This document shows, one piece after another, positions 50,886-60,180 of a stretch of DNA of 64,000 nucleotides. A program made the position numbers and the translations under genes. The notes beneath the pieces were generated by a model that worked only from the letters and a program-made list of their open reading frames with translations, searched no databases and had not been told where the DNA came from. Source of the DNA: a virus; IMG/VR virus record IMGVR_UViG_3300033183_000212, positions 1 to 64,000 of that record; one strand, 5' to 3'. The stretch's first letter is position 1, and every line of letters begins with the position of its first letter.

Positions 50886-50914
50886 CTCTATACTATGGCA
50901 GGCTGGGATATACT

Positions 50915-51766
50915 ATGCTAATTTATGATTACAATGGAATTGCTCTTGGATCGATCATCGTAAATCGTGATCTAAATCAAGACTTGATTCGACACATGAT
51001 TCTCAACACGATTCGCATGTATCGTGTAAAGTTTCCAAGAAAAGAATACGGTGAAGTTGTTATTGCATGTGATGGTGCAAACAACTGGCGTCGTGGCGCG
51101 TTTCCTCAATACAAAGCGAATCGCCGTAAGAGTCGTGATAAGTCAGACTTCGATTGGAACGAAGCTTTCCGTATTCTTAATGAGGTGCGTGAAGAAATTC
51201 GCGAATCTTTTCCTTATAAGGTTGTCCATATAGAAGGTTGCGAGGCAGATGACGTCATTGGTACTCTCGTTGCAAACACTCAAGAGTTTGGCCAATACGA
51301 AAACGTAATGATCATCTCAGCCGATAGGGACTTTGCTCAGCTGCAGCGTTTTGATAACGTTCGCCAGTTCAGTCCTTTAACTAAGAAGTTTATCGATGAA
51401 AAGAATCCTAAGCTTCGACTCATAGAACATATTATCAAGGGTGATGCTGGTGATGGCGTACCTAACATTCTATCTAATGACGATGTATTTGTTGAGGGTC
51501 TTCGTCAGACTCCTGTCAGTAAGAAAAAGATGGAAGCCATAATGGCTGACCTTGAAGAAGACGAGTTGTTATATGCTGCCTCTTGGTATCGTAACTATCA
51601 ACGCAATCGTCTACTCATTGATCTGACCTATACACCTGAACATCTTAAAGAAAATATTCTCAAAGAGTTTGAGAAAGATCCTGTCGGAAAGGGTTCTCTT
51701 GTCTTACCGTATTTGATAAATAAAAAGTGTAAGATGCTAATTGAAGTTGCAGCGGAGTTTAATTGA
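50915..51766 (+). CDS. rnh: RNase H / FEN-type 5'-3' exonuclease (T4 rnh-like)
   Basis: VVIACDGANNWRRGAFPQYKANRRKSRDKSDFDW, EGCEADDVIG and ISADRDFAQL. Confidence 0.85.
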   Translation: MLIYDYNGIALGSIIVNRDLNQDLIRHMILNTIRMYRVKFPRKEYGEVVIACDGANNWRRGAFPQYKANRRKSRDKSDFDWNEAFRILNEVREEIRESFPYKVVHIEGCEADDVIGTLVANTQEFGQYENVMIISADRDFAQLQRFDNVRQFSPLTKKFIDEKNPKLRLIEHIIKGDAGDGVPNILSNDDVFVEGLRQTPVSKKKMEAIMADLEEDELLYAASWYRNYQRNRLLIDLTYTPEHLKENILKEFEKDPVGKGSLVLPYLINKKCKMLIEVAAEFN

Positions 51767-51767
51767 T

Positions 51768-52190
51768 ATGGCAAACCTACTTATTCATGAAGTAATTGAT
51801 CTTGTAAACAAAAAAAAGTCTAAAGCAGACAAAGTAAAAGTCCTAAAGGAAAATGAATCCTGGGCACTTAAGGACATCATCCGAGGTTCTATGGACTCTA
51901 CAGTCAAGTGGAACCTACCGGTTGGTACTCCTCCATACACCCCAAACAAGCCAGAAAGTACGCCAACAAACTTGTTGCGTGAAAACGTAAAGTTTAAGTA
52001 CTTTGTGCAAGGCGGTCCTGGTACTAAGATGCCGTCTTTTAAAAGAGAGCAGATGTTTATCGGCCTGATTGAAGGTATTCATCCAGAAGATGCTAAGTTA
52101 GTTATCGATATGATAGCTAAGAATCCACCAAAGGGCTTGACGCGACCACTAGTAAAGGAGGCATTTCCAGGTCTACTTCGTGATGAGTAA
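51768..52190 (+). CDS. hypothetical protein
   Basis: ATG 1 nt after the rnh stop. Confidence 0.5.
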   Translation: MANLLIHEVIDLVNKKKSKADKVKVLKENESWALKDIIRGSMDSTVKWNLPVGTPPYTPNKPESTPTNLLRENVKFKYFVQGGPGTKMPSFKREQMFIGLIEGIHPEDAKLVIDMIAKNPPKGLTRPLVKEAFPGLLRDE

Positions 52191-52217
52191 CATCAACCAT
52201 TAACAGGAGACCAATAC

Positions 52218-52376
52218 ATGGTATTGAATCAACTCGACAGACTAAAAAAAGATTACGCTGAACTCGAAATATACACAAAGCGCCTGCAGAAACGAGGCGA
52301 TATCGAAAAGATGAAGCGAATGCAGCAAAAGAAAGATTTTATTAGTCAACGAATTGAGGCAAGTCAATTACATTAA
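52218..52376 (+). CDS. 52-aa coiled-coil protein
   Basis: Below the track cutoff. CAGGAGA SD. Confidence 0.4.
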   Translation: MVLNQLDRLKKDYAELEIYTKRLQKRGDIEKMKRMQQKKDFISQRIEASQLH

Positions 52377-52392
52377 CGGTCTAAAATAGGAG

Positions 52393-52421
52393 TGTACAAT
52401 CCCCATGTTCTATGGTATAAT
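52393..52421 (+). promoter_or_regulatory. promoter TGTACA-N17-TATAAT embedded in a stem-loop
   Basis: The -10 lies in the loop of the hairpin at 52399-52439. Confidence 0.5.
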
Positions 52422-52444
52422 AATCATGTTCATGGGGATTTTTA
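52399..52444 (+). terminator. stem-loop plus T tract enclosing a promoter -10
   Basis: atccccatg ... catggggat followed by tttt. Confidence 0.4.
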
Positions 52445-52447
52445 ATT

Positions 52448-53065
52448 ATGAATATCTTTGTACTTGATACTGATCCAGTAAAAGCAGCTCAGTTGCAGTG
52501 TGATAAGCACGTCGTCAAGATGATTGTCGAGTCTGCGCAGATGCTATCGACGGCACATCGTATCCTTGACGGAGACGTGTTCCTTGGTCCGTCTAAGTCT
52601 GGCCTACGCACAGTCAAGCAGTGGCGGCATCCGGATCCTGAATTGGATCATAAACTTTACAAAGCGGTCCACGTGAAACATCCATGTACCATCTGGACCA
52701 TGGAGTCTGCCTGTAACTATGAGTGGCACTATCAACACTTCATGGCTCTCTGTGCCGAGTACTCGTATCGATATGGACGTCCTGGACCGTTAGACTACTC
52801 GCGCTATTCTCATGATGTTAAGATGCATGATACTGAGTGTAAGCTTGGCCATGTGCTCAAGCAACATCCAAAGAATATAAGTAATAGAGGTCTGACACCA
52901 TTTGCTCTTGCAATGAAGTCAAACCCCGAGTGCATGTTCGATGATCCTGTCAAATCGTATCGTGCGTTTTACAAAACTAAACTTGCCAGGTTCTCTATGA
53001 AGTGGACCTGTAGGGAGATGCCGGAGTGGTTCCATGAACACAAAGTTGAATCAGTTGTTGGTTAA
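52448..53065 (+). CDS. conserved hypothetical protein
   Basis: MNIFVLDTDPVKAAQLQCDKHVVKMIVESAQMLSTAHR is an N-terminal block I recall from widespread phage and bacterial ORFs of unclear function. Confidence 0.55.
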   Translation: MNIFVLDTDPVKAAQLQCDKHVVKMIVESAQMLSTAHRILDGDVFLGPSKSGLRTVKQWRHPDPELDHKLYKAVHVKHPCTIWTMESACNYEWHYQHFMALCAEYSYRYGRPGPLDYSRYSHDVKMHDTECKLGHVLKQHPKNISNRGLTPFALAMKSNPECMFDDPVKSYRAFYKTKLARFSMKWTCREMPEWFHEHKVESVVG

Positions 53066-53201
53066 ATTAAGTTGGATATGTAAAGAGATAGCGGCCGCTG
53101 AGAAAGATGGCTGCAGCGAAGAGACCGTTGCTTGGCTCAAAGAACGTATGAAACTAATAGAACAAGAGATTGTGGAATCAGATGCCAACCTACACGCTTA
53201 A
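53034..53201 (+). CDS. 55-aa hypothetical protein
   Basis: Below the track cutoff. Bridges two ORFs and overlaps both. Confidence 0.3.
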   Translation: MNTKLNQLLVKLSWICKEIAAAEKDGCSEETVAWLKERMKLIEQEIVESDANLHA

Positions 53202-53415
53202 AGATATCAAGAACCAAGAAGTATGGGACATCCGGTGCTCATACGACGACCTGCAAAAGATGCTTGATGAGAATCAAGATATCGTTCAAGTCATGACTGC
53301 GCCTGCACTAGTCTCAGGCGTAAGGAGCAATATTTCTCGAGCGGGCAGTGAGTGGAGAGATCTACTCGGTAAAGTGAAAAAAACATCTGGCCGAGGGAAC
53401 ACTATTAATGACTAG
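53182..53415 (+). CDS. hypothetical protein
   Basis: ATG at 53182 (MPTYTLKD...). Confidence 0.45.
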   Translation: MPTYTLKDIKNQEVWDIRCSYDDLQKMLDENQDIVQVMTAPALVSGVRSNISRAGSEWRDLLGKVKKTSGRGNTIND

Positions 53416-54085
53416 TGCGAAAGTTAGAGACACAGATCTTTACGAATTTGATGCCATCACTGTAAATCAGAAAAAAGTTTTTGATGCATGGGATGATGGC
53501 GACAATATAGTGATGGTTGGTTCTGCAGGAACCGGTAAGACCTTCATTGCGCTTTATCTAGCTCTTGAAGAGATACTAGATAAATCAACGGTGTATGATC
53601 GGATAGTCATCATCCGGTCAGTTGTACCAGTTCGTGACATGGGCTTTCTCCCGGGTACAGTCGAGGAAAAGAAGTCCCAGTACGAGACTCCGTATAAGTA
53701 CATATGTGAGGAGCTTTTCAGAGATGGCGCTGCGTATAGCAAACTCAAGAACAACAAACAGATTGATTTTGAGACAACATCCTTTATACGTGGCACTACG
53801 TTTCAACGCACCATCATTATCGTTGATGAGATGCAGAACCTAAATTTCCATGAGCTCGATTCAGTGATGACACGGGTAGGCGATCATTGCCGTATCATCT
53901 TCTGTGGAGACTATCTCCAATCAGATTTTAAACACGATGATGAACGCGACGGCGTTATGAAGTTTCTTCGTATCGTCGACCAGCTAAAGTATTTTTCAGT
54001 CGTGACGTTTGGCTGGGACGACATCGTTCGATCAGGTTTGGTCCGCGATTACATCATGACAAAGGAAATGTTAGGTGTCAAATGA
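53408..54085 (+). CDS. phoH: PhoH-like ATPase
   Basis: VMVGSAGTGKTF Walker A, IIVDEMQN Walker B, and a C-terminal block typical of PhoH. Confidence 0.9.
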   Translation: MTSAKVRDTDLYEFDAITVNQKKVFDAWDDGDNIVMVGSAGTGKTFIALYLALEEILDKSTVYDRIVIIRSVVPVRDMGFLPGTVEEKKSQYETPYKYICEELFRDGAAYSKLKNNKQIDFETTSFIRGTTFQRTIIIVDEMQNLNFHELDSVMTRVGDHCRIIFCGDYLQSDFKHDDERDGVMKFLRIVDQLKYFSVVTFGWDDIVRSGLVRDYIMTKEMLGVK

Positions 54086-54411
54086 AAATCATCATGGCCG
54101 TATTGGCCTCACTCGCCATCTTAGGTATGGCAGATTCAGCAAAAGCACAAGCTCCAGCAATTGTACCGGAGTGTATGCCCGCTGAGAAGTTCCCAAAGTT
54201 TCTCAAAAAATCTGGTGAAAAGATCGTTGCGATCGGCAAAAGCTTCAGACATTTGAGACAATCAGGTCAAGAATTTACTACCGAAATGTATATCACTGTC
54301 AATCCTAAAGATAAGCAGTGGTCGTTCTTTGAAAATCTTGAAGGTAACATGTGTGCTCTTGCTTATGGTGTAAACTTTAAATCTTTTGTTGACTTGAAAA
54401 AATATTACTAA
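54082..54411 (+). CDS. small secreted protein
   Basis: Signal peptide MKIIMAVLASLAILGMADSAKAQA. Confidence 0.55.
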   Translation: MKIIMAVLASLAILGMADSAKAQAPAIVPECMPAEKFPKFLKKSGEKIVAIGKSFRHLRQSGQEFTTEMYITVNPKDKQWSFFENLEGNMCALAYGVNFKSFVDLKKYY

Positions 54412-55082
54412 TGCCCTTTATACATGAACACATTGATCTCGGTTATGATGACCTTAAAGCTGAGACTACTGACAATGGCAGACGATACGTTGACCCAGAT
54501 GGGAATACTTACCCTTCTGTTACTACAGTACTTAGCATACTAACAGAAGACGCCATACGCGCCTGGAAGGCTCGTGTGGGCGACGAGGAGGCTAACAGAG
54601 TTGGTGGCCGTGCATCTGCGCGCGGTACTTCGGTTCACTCAATTATAGAAAGGTATCTAAAGAATGAAGATACAAGCGATTTCCTCCCTCACATCAGGCA
54701 AAGCCTGGCAAACGTTAAGCCGATACTTGACAACCGTATCGGGAAGATCTACGGCATCGAGAGTCCTCTTTACTCTCGCCATCTCGGCCTGGCTGGTCGT
54801 TGTGATTGCGTGGCTGAGTTCGACAGTGTTCCGTCTATTATAGACTTCAAGACATCTAAGCGAGTCAAAGAGAAAGACAAGATCTCTAACTACTTCGCTC
54901 AGATGTCTGCGTACGCTATCATGTGGGAGGAGCGTACTGGGATGCCAATTATAAATACAGTTGTAATCATGGACGTCGATGACCATGAGCCTCTGGTATT
55001 CAAAGAACACCGTGATAATTATACTAATCTCTTGACTGATACAATTAAAGAATACAACAGGAGGCAATTGTTTCACAAATAA
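54411..55082 (+). CDS. PD-(D/E)XK (RecB/Cas4-like) exonuclease
   Basis: YPSVTTVL, GTSVHSIIE and GRCDCVAEF...IIDFKTSKR. Confidence 0.75.
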   Translation: MPFIHEHIDLGYDDLKAETTDNGRRYVDPDGNTYPSVTTVLSILTEDAIRAWKARVGDEEANRVGGRASARGTSVHSIIERYLKNEDTSDFLPHIRQSLANVKPILDNRIGKIYGIESPLYSRHLGLAGRCDCVAEFDSVPSIIDFKTSKRVKEKDKISNYFAQMSAYAIMWEERTGMPIINTVVIMDVDDHEPLVFKEHRDNYTNLLTDTIKEYNRRQLFHK

Positions 55083-55094
55083 CAGGGAGATAGT

Positions 55095-55442
55095 ATGGCT
55101 ACAGAAAAGAAAACCGTGACGATTGACGAAGAAGCAGTCGCTGGTATGGATACGAATGGAGACGGTCACGTCTCTGCCGAAGAATATAAGATGAATCTTG
55201 AGTTTAGGCGGAAAGAATTGGAAGACAAAGATGCACAGCGTGATGCCATTCGTAAGATGGCTTGGTTCTCGCTGATTGGTTTATTGGTATATCCAATTGG
55301 TATTGCTCTTACATCTTTGCTTGGCATGGATAAGGCAGCAACGCTGATTGCAGATATTGCACCAACATACTTTGCATCTATTGCTGTTTTGGTTTCAGCC
55401 TTCTTTGGTGCTGATGCCCTTTCAAAGAAAAACGGTAAATAA
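55095..55442 (+). CDS. membrane protein with an N-terminal EF-hand loop
   Basis: DTNGDGHVSAEE fits the 12-residue EF-hand loop consensus. Two TM helices follow. Confidence 0.55.
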   Translation: MATEKKTVTIDEEAVAGMDTNGDGHVSAEEYKMNLEFRRKELEDKDAQRDAIRKMAWFSLIGLLVYPIGIALTSLLGMDKAATLIADIAPTYFASIAVLVSAFFGADALSKKNGK

Positions 55443-55564
55443 TGTTTACAGCGGGAATGCTTATTGTTCTCGCTTTCACGGTTTGGTGGTTGATTGACTA
55501 TCACTTTCGTTATGGTTTTAGGAACTTGATACATGATGTACAGCTGGGAAAAAAAGTGTTATAA
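55442..55564 (+). CDS. 40-aa small membrane protein
   Basis: Below the track cutoff. TAATG coupling. MFTAGMLIVLAFTVWWLI. Confidence 0.3.
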   Translation: MFTAGMLIVLAFTVWWLIDYHFRYGFRNLIHDVQLGKKVL

Positions 55565-55736
55565 TTATATTAAGTACTCAGGGATTTGGATTGGGATTGT
55601 GCTCAATCCATTTCACTGGAAGTTAAAGTATCAAACAAAAGCAGTTGAGTTTCCTGACTGCGACAACTTATTTGATAACTGTTTGTACGTTGGTCCAGTT
55701 TGGATTCGCGTAATCATCGATGATGGGCGTTGGTAA
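55533..55736 (+). CDS. hypothetical protein
   Basis: Track ORF. Its stop overlaps the next ATG (TAATG). Confidence 0.35.
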   Translation: MMYSWEKKCYNYIKYSGIWIGIVLNPFHWKLKYQTKAVEFPDCDNLFDNCLYVGPVWIRVIIDDGRW

Positions 55737-56530
55737 TGAAAAGAATGATATATCAGGTTTACGTCGGTAAACCAAGCAAACTATACGATCACTGCACGGC
55801 TTCTGTGGCCGCATACTGTAGTAGACACGGTATAGACTACACAATACAAAAGACTCCAATCTTAAAGATCAAACCTGACGTATTCGCTACGAATCGCAGT
55901 AAAGAGTCGTATGAGAAGCACGGTGGCTTCTTACCGATCTTTGAGAAAGAGAACGCGTTCGGATACTTCCCTGAGTATGATCAGATCGCGATTGTAGACG
56001 CTGACATCTACATTCGTTCTGATGCGCCAAACATTTTCGAAGAGCTTGAAGAAGAGACAGAGTTTGCCGGTGTTGTAGAGCGTGAGATGCCTATCACGCA
56101 TCAGTACGCTCAGAAGATCATCAATTACTCTCGCATGCAGTATCACAACCTGCACATCAACAAAGTTGCTAACTTTCAACCTAACCCACTAGGTTATGAG
56201 TTCTATAACATGGGCCTGATGGTGATGCAGTGTCATATTAAGAAGTACTTTAAGCCAGGTGAATCGCCTCACCAGTTTATTTCACGCCCAGAGTTTAAAG
56301 ACTTTGTTGATGGTCAAGGCGCTTGGAAATGGTCTACTGATCAGACCCTACTCAATACTTGGGTAAGAAAAGAGAAGATGAGACAGCATCACCTCGATTG
56401 GAAATGGAACGCGCTGTATAAAGGTGTGAGAGATGATAAGCTACCTGAAGCATACTTTGTACACTTTTTCTTAAAAGATCTTTTGCCTGAACGAGGTGAG
56501 AACGTACAACAGTTAATGAAACTGATATGA
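55736..56530 (+). CDS. glycosyltransferase (GT8-like nucleotide-diphospho-sugar transferase fold)
   Basis: QIAIVDADIYI DxD block. N-terminus MKRMIYQVYVG is related to the 58685, 59491 and 60177 paralogs. Confidence 0.6.
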   Translation: MKRMIYQVYVGKPSKLYDHCTASVAAYCSRHGIDYTIQKTPILKIKPDVFATNRSKESYEKHGGFLPIFEKENAFGYFPEYDQIAIVDADIYIRSDAPNIFEELEEETEFAGVVEREMPITHQYAQKIINYSRMQYHNLHINKVANFQPNPLGYEFYNMGLMVMQCHIKKYFKPGESPHQFISRPEFKDFVDGQGAWKWSTDQTLLNTWVRKEKMRQHHLDWKWNALYKGVRDDKLPEAYFVHFFLKDLLPERGENVQQLMKLI

Positions 56531-57544
56531 AATTTTTGATTTCATGGCCACGGCCTGAAGGTGAAGATCTGATTCAATACTTTGAAGGAGCTCAGAAGAA
56601 AAGCTCTGAGATAGCAAAGCGACCGTATCTTCATGATAAAGACCTGTACGCAGTTCCTTCTTTCTATCACACATTAGAAAAAGTGTTAGATGATATGGGT
56701 GTACCTCATGATAGGTTATATAGAAAGAGGTATAAGAGGATAGCCGCTCCAAACAAAGACGCAGTGGTGTTGTGTTATCACGCTCATTCAGACATCATAG
56801 AAAACAATGTGTGGTACGTACACACCTCTTCATTGGCTGGATACTTCACGGTTGATCGTAGAGGTTTTGCTGGATTCAGTGAACCAGCACATAACAAAAG
56901 CTTCTTTGAAGAAAGCAAAGGAGTAGACTTAGATCAAGCTAGAGAGTTCTTTGATAAGTTCTCTAAAGATTTTATTGAGTCCAGCTCAAGCAGAAACTTT
57001 CAACCTAAAGAAGATCTATCAATTGATGAACCCTATATCTTTATTGCTGGCCAACTTAGCTATGACTCTGTAGTCACTCAGCTCTGTCACATTAGACCTC
57101 CTCAAGAATACTATAACGAGATCGCAAAGGTTGCAAAGTGCAAGGTTGTGTATAAGAAACATCCAGCCGACGGCTTAAACAATAAGAAGAACGATCTAAA
57201 AAAACCAAATTATCCTAACGTTATAGAATATAATGGCTCTATACATAAAAGCTATTCAAGGAGCGCTTGGCGTATTTGTAATTAACTCCGGTGTGGGGTT
57301 TGAGGCTCTGCTACATAAGAAGAGAGTGTTTACGGCCGGTGAGTGTGACTATAAGTATATTACAGAGATCATAAATGACAACAGCCAAGTAGCTGCAAAG
57401 ATGAAGACTCTAGGTAAACCTATTGATGAAGAGTCGATCATTAAATATATGTACTACTTGATAAATGAAGTTTATGTTGATACGAGCTCTTATGACTCAA
57501 TTCGTAAAAAAGTGGAACGCATTATTAGAATGAATGGTAAATGA
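56527..57544 (+). pseudogene. capsule-polysaccharide-synthesis (KpsS/KpsC, Capsule_synth-like) gene split by a 1-nt frameshift at the A4 run 57247-57250
   Basis: ORF 56527-57285 (IFIAGQLSYDSVV, YKKHPAD) and ORF 57233-57544 (VFVINSGVGFEALLHKKRVF) read as one protein if one A is removed (...NGSIHK/AIQGALGVFVINSG...). Confidence 0.5.
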
Positions 57545-58683
57545 AAGTAATTGTACTTGGTGGTGATGGATTCTGTGGTTGGCCTACATCGTTAAAGCTA
57601 GCCAAGCGTGGTCATGATGTATTGATTCTAGATAACTTGTCGCGCAGAAGAATCGATGACGAGCTTCAGAGTAACTCGCTCACAAGAATCAGGGCCATAC
57701 ACGACAGGTGCCTTGCTGCAAACAGGATTGTAGGTAGCATAGACTGGCGCTTCTGTGATATCGCAAAGTCGTATGGCCAGTTAGTTCAGTGGGTAGAGAT
57801 GTTTGAGCCTGACGCTATCGTTCACTTCGCTGAACAACGTGCAGCTCCGTACTCAATGATCTCAAACAAAGAGAGACGGTACACCGTAGACAACAACATC
57901 ACTGCGACGAGTAACGTACTGAACGCAATCGTTGATGTAAATAAAGACATTCACTTAGTTCACCTAGGCACTATGGGTGTGTATGGATACTCGAAAGACT
58001 TTGGTGATATTCCAGAGGGATACCTAAACGTTAAGGTAAACTCGACTGAGAAAGACGTTGACATCCTGTATCCTACAAATCCTGGTAGCGTCTATCACAT
58101 GACTAAGTCAATGGACCAGTTGTTGTTTCAGTTTTACAAGAAGAACTGGAACCTTAAGATCACTGACCTACACCAAGGTATCGTATGGGGTACAGAGACG
58201 GCAGAGACTAAACTTCATCCAGATCTAGTAAACAGATTTGATTATGACGGTATCTATGGAACTGTATTGAATAGATTTATCTCACAAGCAGCAGTCGGTG
58301 TTCCATTGACTGTATACGGCACAGGCGGTCAGAAGCGCGCCTTCATTCACATTGAAGACACAACCAACTGTGTATCACTTGCGGTAGAGAATCCAGCTGA
58401 GACTGAAAAAGTTCGTATCTTCAACCAAGTGTCAGAGGTTCGTAGCGTAAAGGAACTTGCAGAGATCATACATAATCAGTATGGATCAGAGATATTCTAT
58501 CACGACAATCCAAGAAAAGAACTCGCCGAGAACGATCTCGCCGTAAGTAATGAAGGTCTGAGATCCTTAGGCTTTGATCCTATCCTGTTGAACCAGTGGC
58601 TGATCGATGACGTAAAGTTTATTGCAGCCGAGCTGAAGCAGAACTTTAACAAAGACAACATAATGACATCACCGAAGTGGTAA
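57541..58683 (+). CDS. sqdB: UDP-sulfoquinovose synthase (SQD1/SqdB-like)
   Basis: VLGGDGFCGWPTSLKL, DNLSRRRIDDEL, FAEQRAAPYSM, HLGTMGVYGY, VYHMTKS, DLHQGIVWG and GTVLNRFISQAAVGVPLTVYGTGGQKRAFIHIEDT parallel plant and cyanobacterial SQD1 blocks. Confidence 0.8.
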   Translation: MKVIVLGGDGFCGWPTSLKLAKRGHDVLILDNLSRRRIDDELQSNSLTRIRAIHDRCLAANRIVGSIDWRFCDIAKSYGQLVQWVEMFEPDAIVHFAEQRAAPYSMISNKERRYTVDNNITATSNVLNAIVDVNKDIHLVHLGTMGVYGYSKDFGDIPEGYLNVKVNSTEKDVDILYPTNPGSVYHMTKSMDQLLFQFYKKNWNLKITDLHQGIVWGTETAETKLHPDLVNRFDYDGIYGTVLNRFISQAAVGVPLTVYGTGGQKRAFIHIEDTTNCVSLAVENPAETEKVRIFNQVSEVRSVKELAEIIHNQYGSEIFYHDNPRKELAENDLAVSNEGLRSLGFDPILLNQWLIDDVKFIAAELKQNFNKDNIMTSPKW

Positions 58684-58684
58684 T

Positions 58685-59494
58685 ATGAACACCTTGATAT
58701 ATCAATGTTGGGACGGACCAGAGCGTCCTGGAAATCTCGCTGGAATCAAAGAGACTCAAGCATATGCCAAGCGAATCGGCTCTGAATACATGTATGAACA
58801 TGATGCTAAGTTTAGAACAGATCTTGGATCTTATTCTCCTAACTTTGGTAAGCTTAAACCCGTATATGATAAACAGTTTGAAAAGTATGACTATGTGATG
58901 TACACAGACTGTGACGTCATTCCAGTTAAAGACTGCAGAGAAAACATCTTTGAATGGTTTGCATCTACTGGAGCTGAAGTTGGAATCTGTGAAGAGTGGA
59001 ACGCACCACTTGCAAGAAAGAAGCACACCATCGGTGGTGGAATCAATAATGAGAACGATGAGAAGTGGGTAGGTATCGTACAGAAGAAGTGGCCTGTTGT
59101 CATGCCTAGGACTGTTGATGGCTTACCTAAAGTGTACAACACCGGTGTTCTCATGTTTTCTCGTGAAGGTTTACTCAAGGCAAGAGAAAGACTCTTTGAC
59201 TTTGCAAAGTATGTCAACCTAGCGAGAGTGTTTAATCTTCCTGCGTTCTATGGCTGCGATCAACCTTACTTTCATGCCATGTTAGAGGTGTGTAAGTTTA
59301 ACTGGATCACCATGCCTTACAAATGGAACAGCTCGGTTCACTACGATCCAGGTGTCAAGACTAAACCGAGGCCCGTGATTGACCTGAGAAAAGATGCCAA
59401 CTTTGTGCACGTTCAACTCAACGGAGCAGACCATTGGGATGAAGATAAGATCTTGAGAGTAGTGAATGAGCCAGTGAGTGAGTGGAACCTATGA
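58685..59494 (+). CDS. glycosyltransferase, paralog A
   Basis: MNTLIYQCWDG...; YVMYTDCDVIP DxD block. Confidence 0.6.
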   Translation: MNTLIYQCWDGPERPGNLAGIKETQAYAKRIGSEYMYEHDAKFRTDLGSYSPNFGKLKPVYDKQFEKYDYVMYTDCDVIPVKDCRENIFEWFASTGAEVGICEEWNAPLARKKHTIGGGINNENDEKWVGIVQKKWPVVMPRTVDGLPKVYNTGVLMFSREGLLKARERLFDFAKYVNLARVFNLPAFYGCDQPYFHAMLEVCKFNWITMPYKWNSSVHYDPGVKTKPRPVIDLRKDANFVHVQLNGADHWDEDKILRVVNEPVSEWNL

Positions 59495-60180
59495 AGAACC
59501 TGATCCTTCAGTACTGGACTGGCAACATGCCTGAGTGGGCCAGACTTGCAATGGAGTCCATTAAGTTATACTCGAGTAAGATCGGTGCTGAGTATCAGCT
59601 AGTGAGCGGATGGCCTGTTGGAGAGTACAGAGGTGTAGTGTCACAGAAGATATGTCTAGTCAATGAAGAGTATGATGAGTATGATAATGTGCTGATGCTT
59701 GACACGGACATGGTTTACTCTGGCATTGTAGATGATGTGTTTCAGTATGAAGGTGTAGGTCGACTGCACTTGAAAGCAATGGGATCTAAGGAAGCAACTA
59801 AGCAAGGAAGGTACTGGCCTAATCTCTATAAGCAGGGTGCACCTTTATTCTTTGGTAACTTCGTCAAGTTAAATCGTGAGGAGAGAATCAAGCTTCGCGA
59901 GCACATGCCTTCAGAGCAGATGATTCGTGAAAACATGAGTAATCCAAACCTGTCTAGATTTAAGACTTCTAACCCGCCAAACGATGAACAGAACATGCAC
60001 TATATGATTCATCATAGCGGTGCACTTAAGGATAAGGCTGAGCTCATGGTTCCACACGATAGGTTCTGTGATCTGCCTGAAGAAGCTCATCCAAAGGCAA
60101 CGCTACTGCACTTCTGCAATCACAGAAAGAACTTCATCATTGATTATATTCGTAAGAATCATAAGTTAAAATTACTATGA
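59491..60180 (+). CDS. glycosyltransferase, paralog B
   Basis: MKNLILQYWTG...; NVLMLDTDMVY. ATGA overlap. Confidence 0.55.
   Translation: MKNLILQYWTGNMPEWARLAMESIKLYSSKIGAEYQLVSGWPVGEYRGVVSQKICLVNEEYDEYDNVLMLDTDMVYSGIVDDVFQYEGVGRLHLKAMGSKEATKQGRYWPNLYKQGAPLFFGNFVKLNREERIKLREHMPSEQMIRENMSNPNLSRFKTSNPPNDEQNMHYMIHHSGALKDKAELMVPHDRFCDLPEEAHPKATLLHFCNHRKNFIIDYIRKNHKLKLL

Noticed and set aside
54657-55169. 170-aa minus-strand ORF
   Set aside because: Antisense to the PD-(D/E)XK exonuclease gene.
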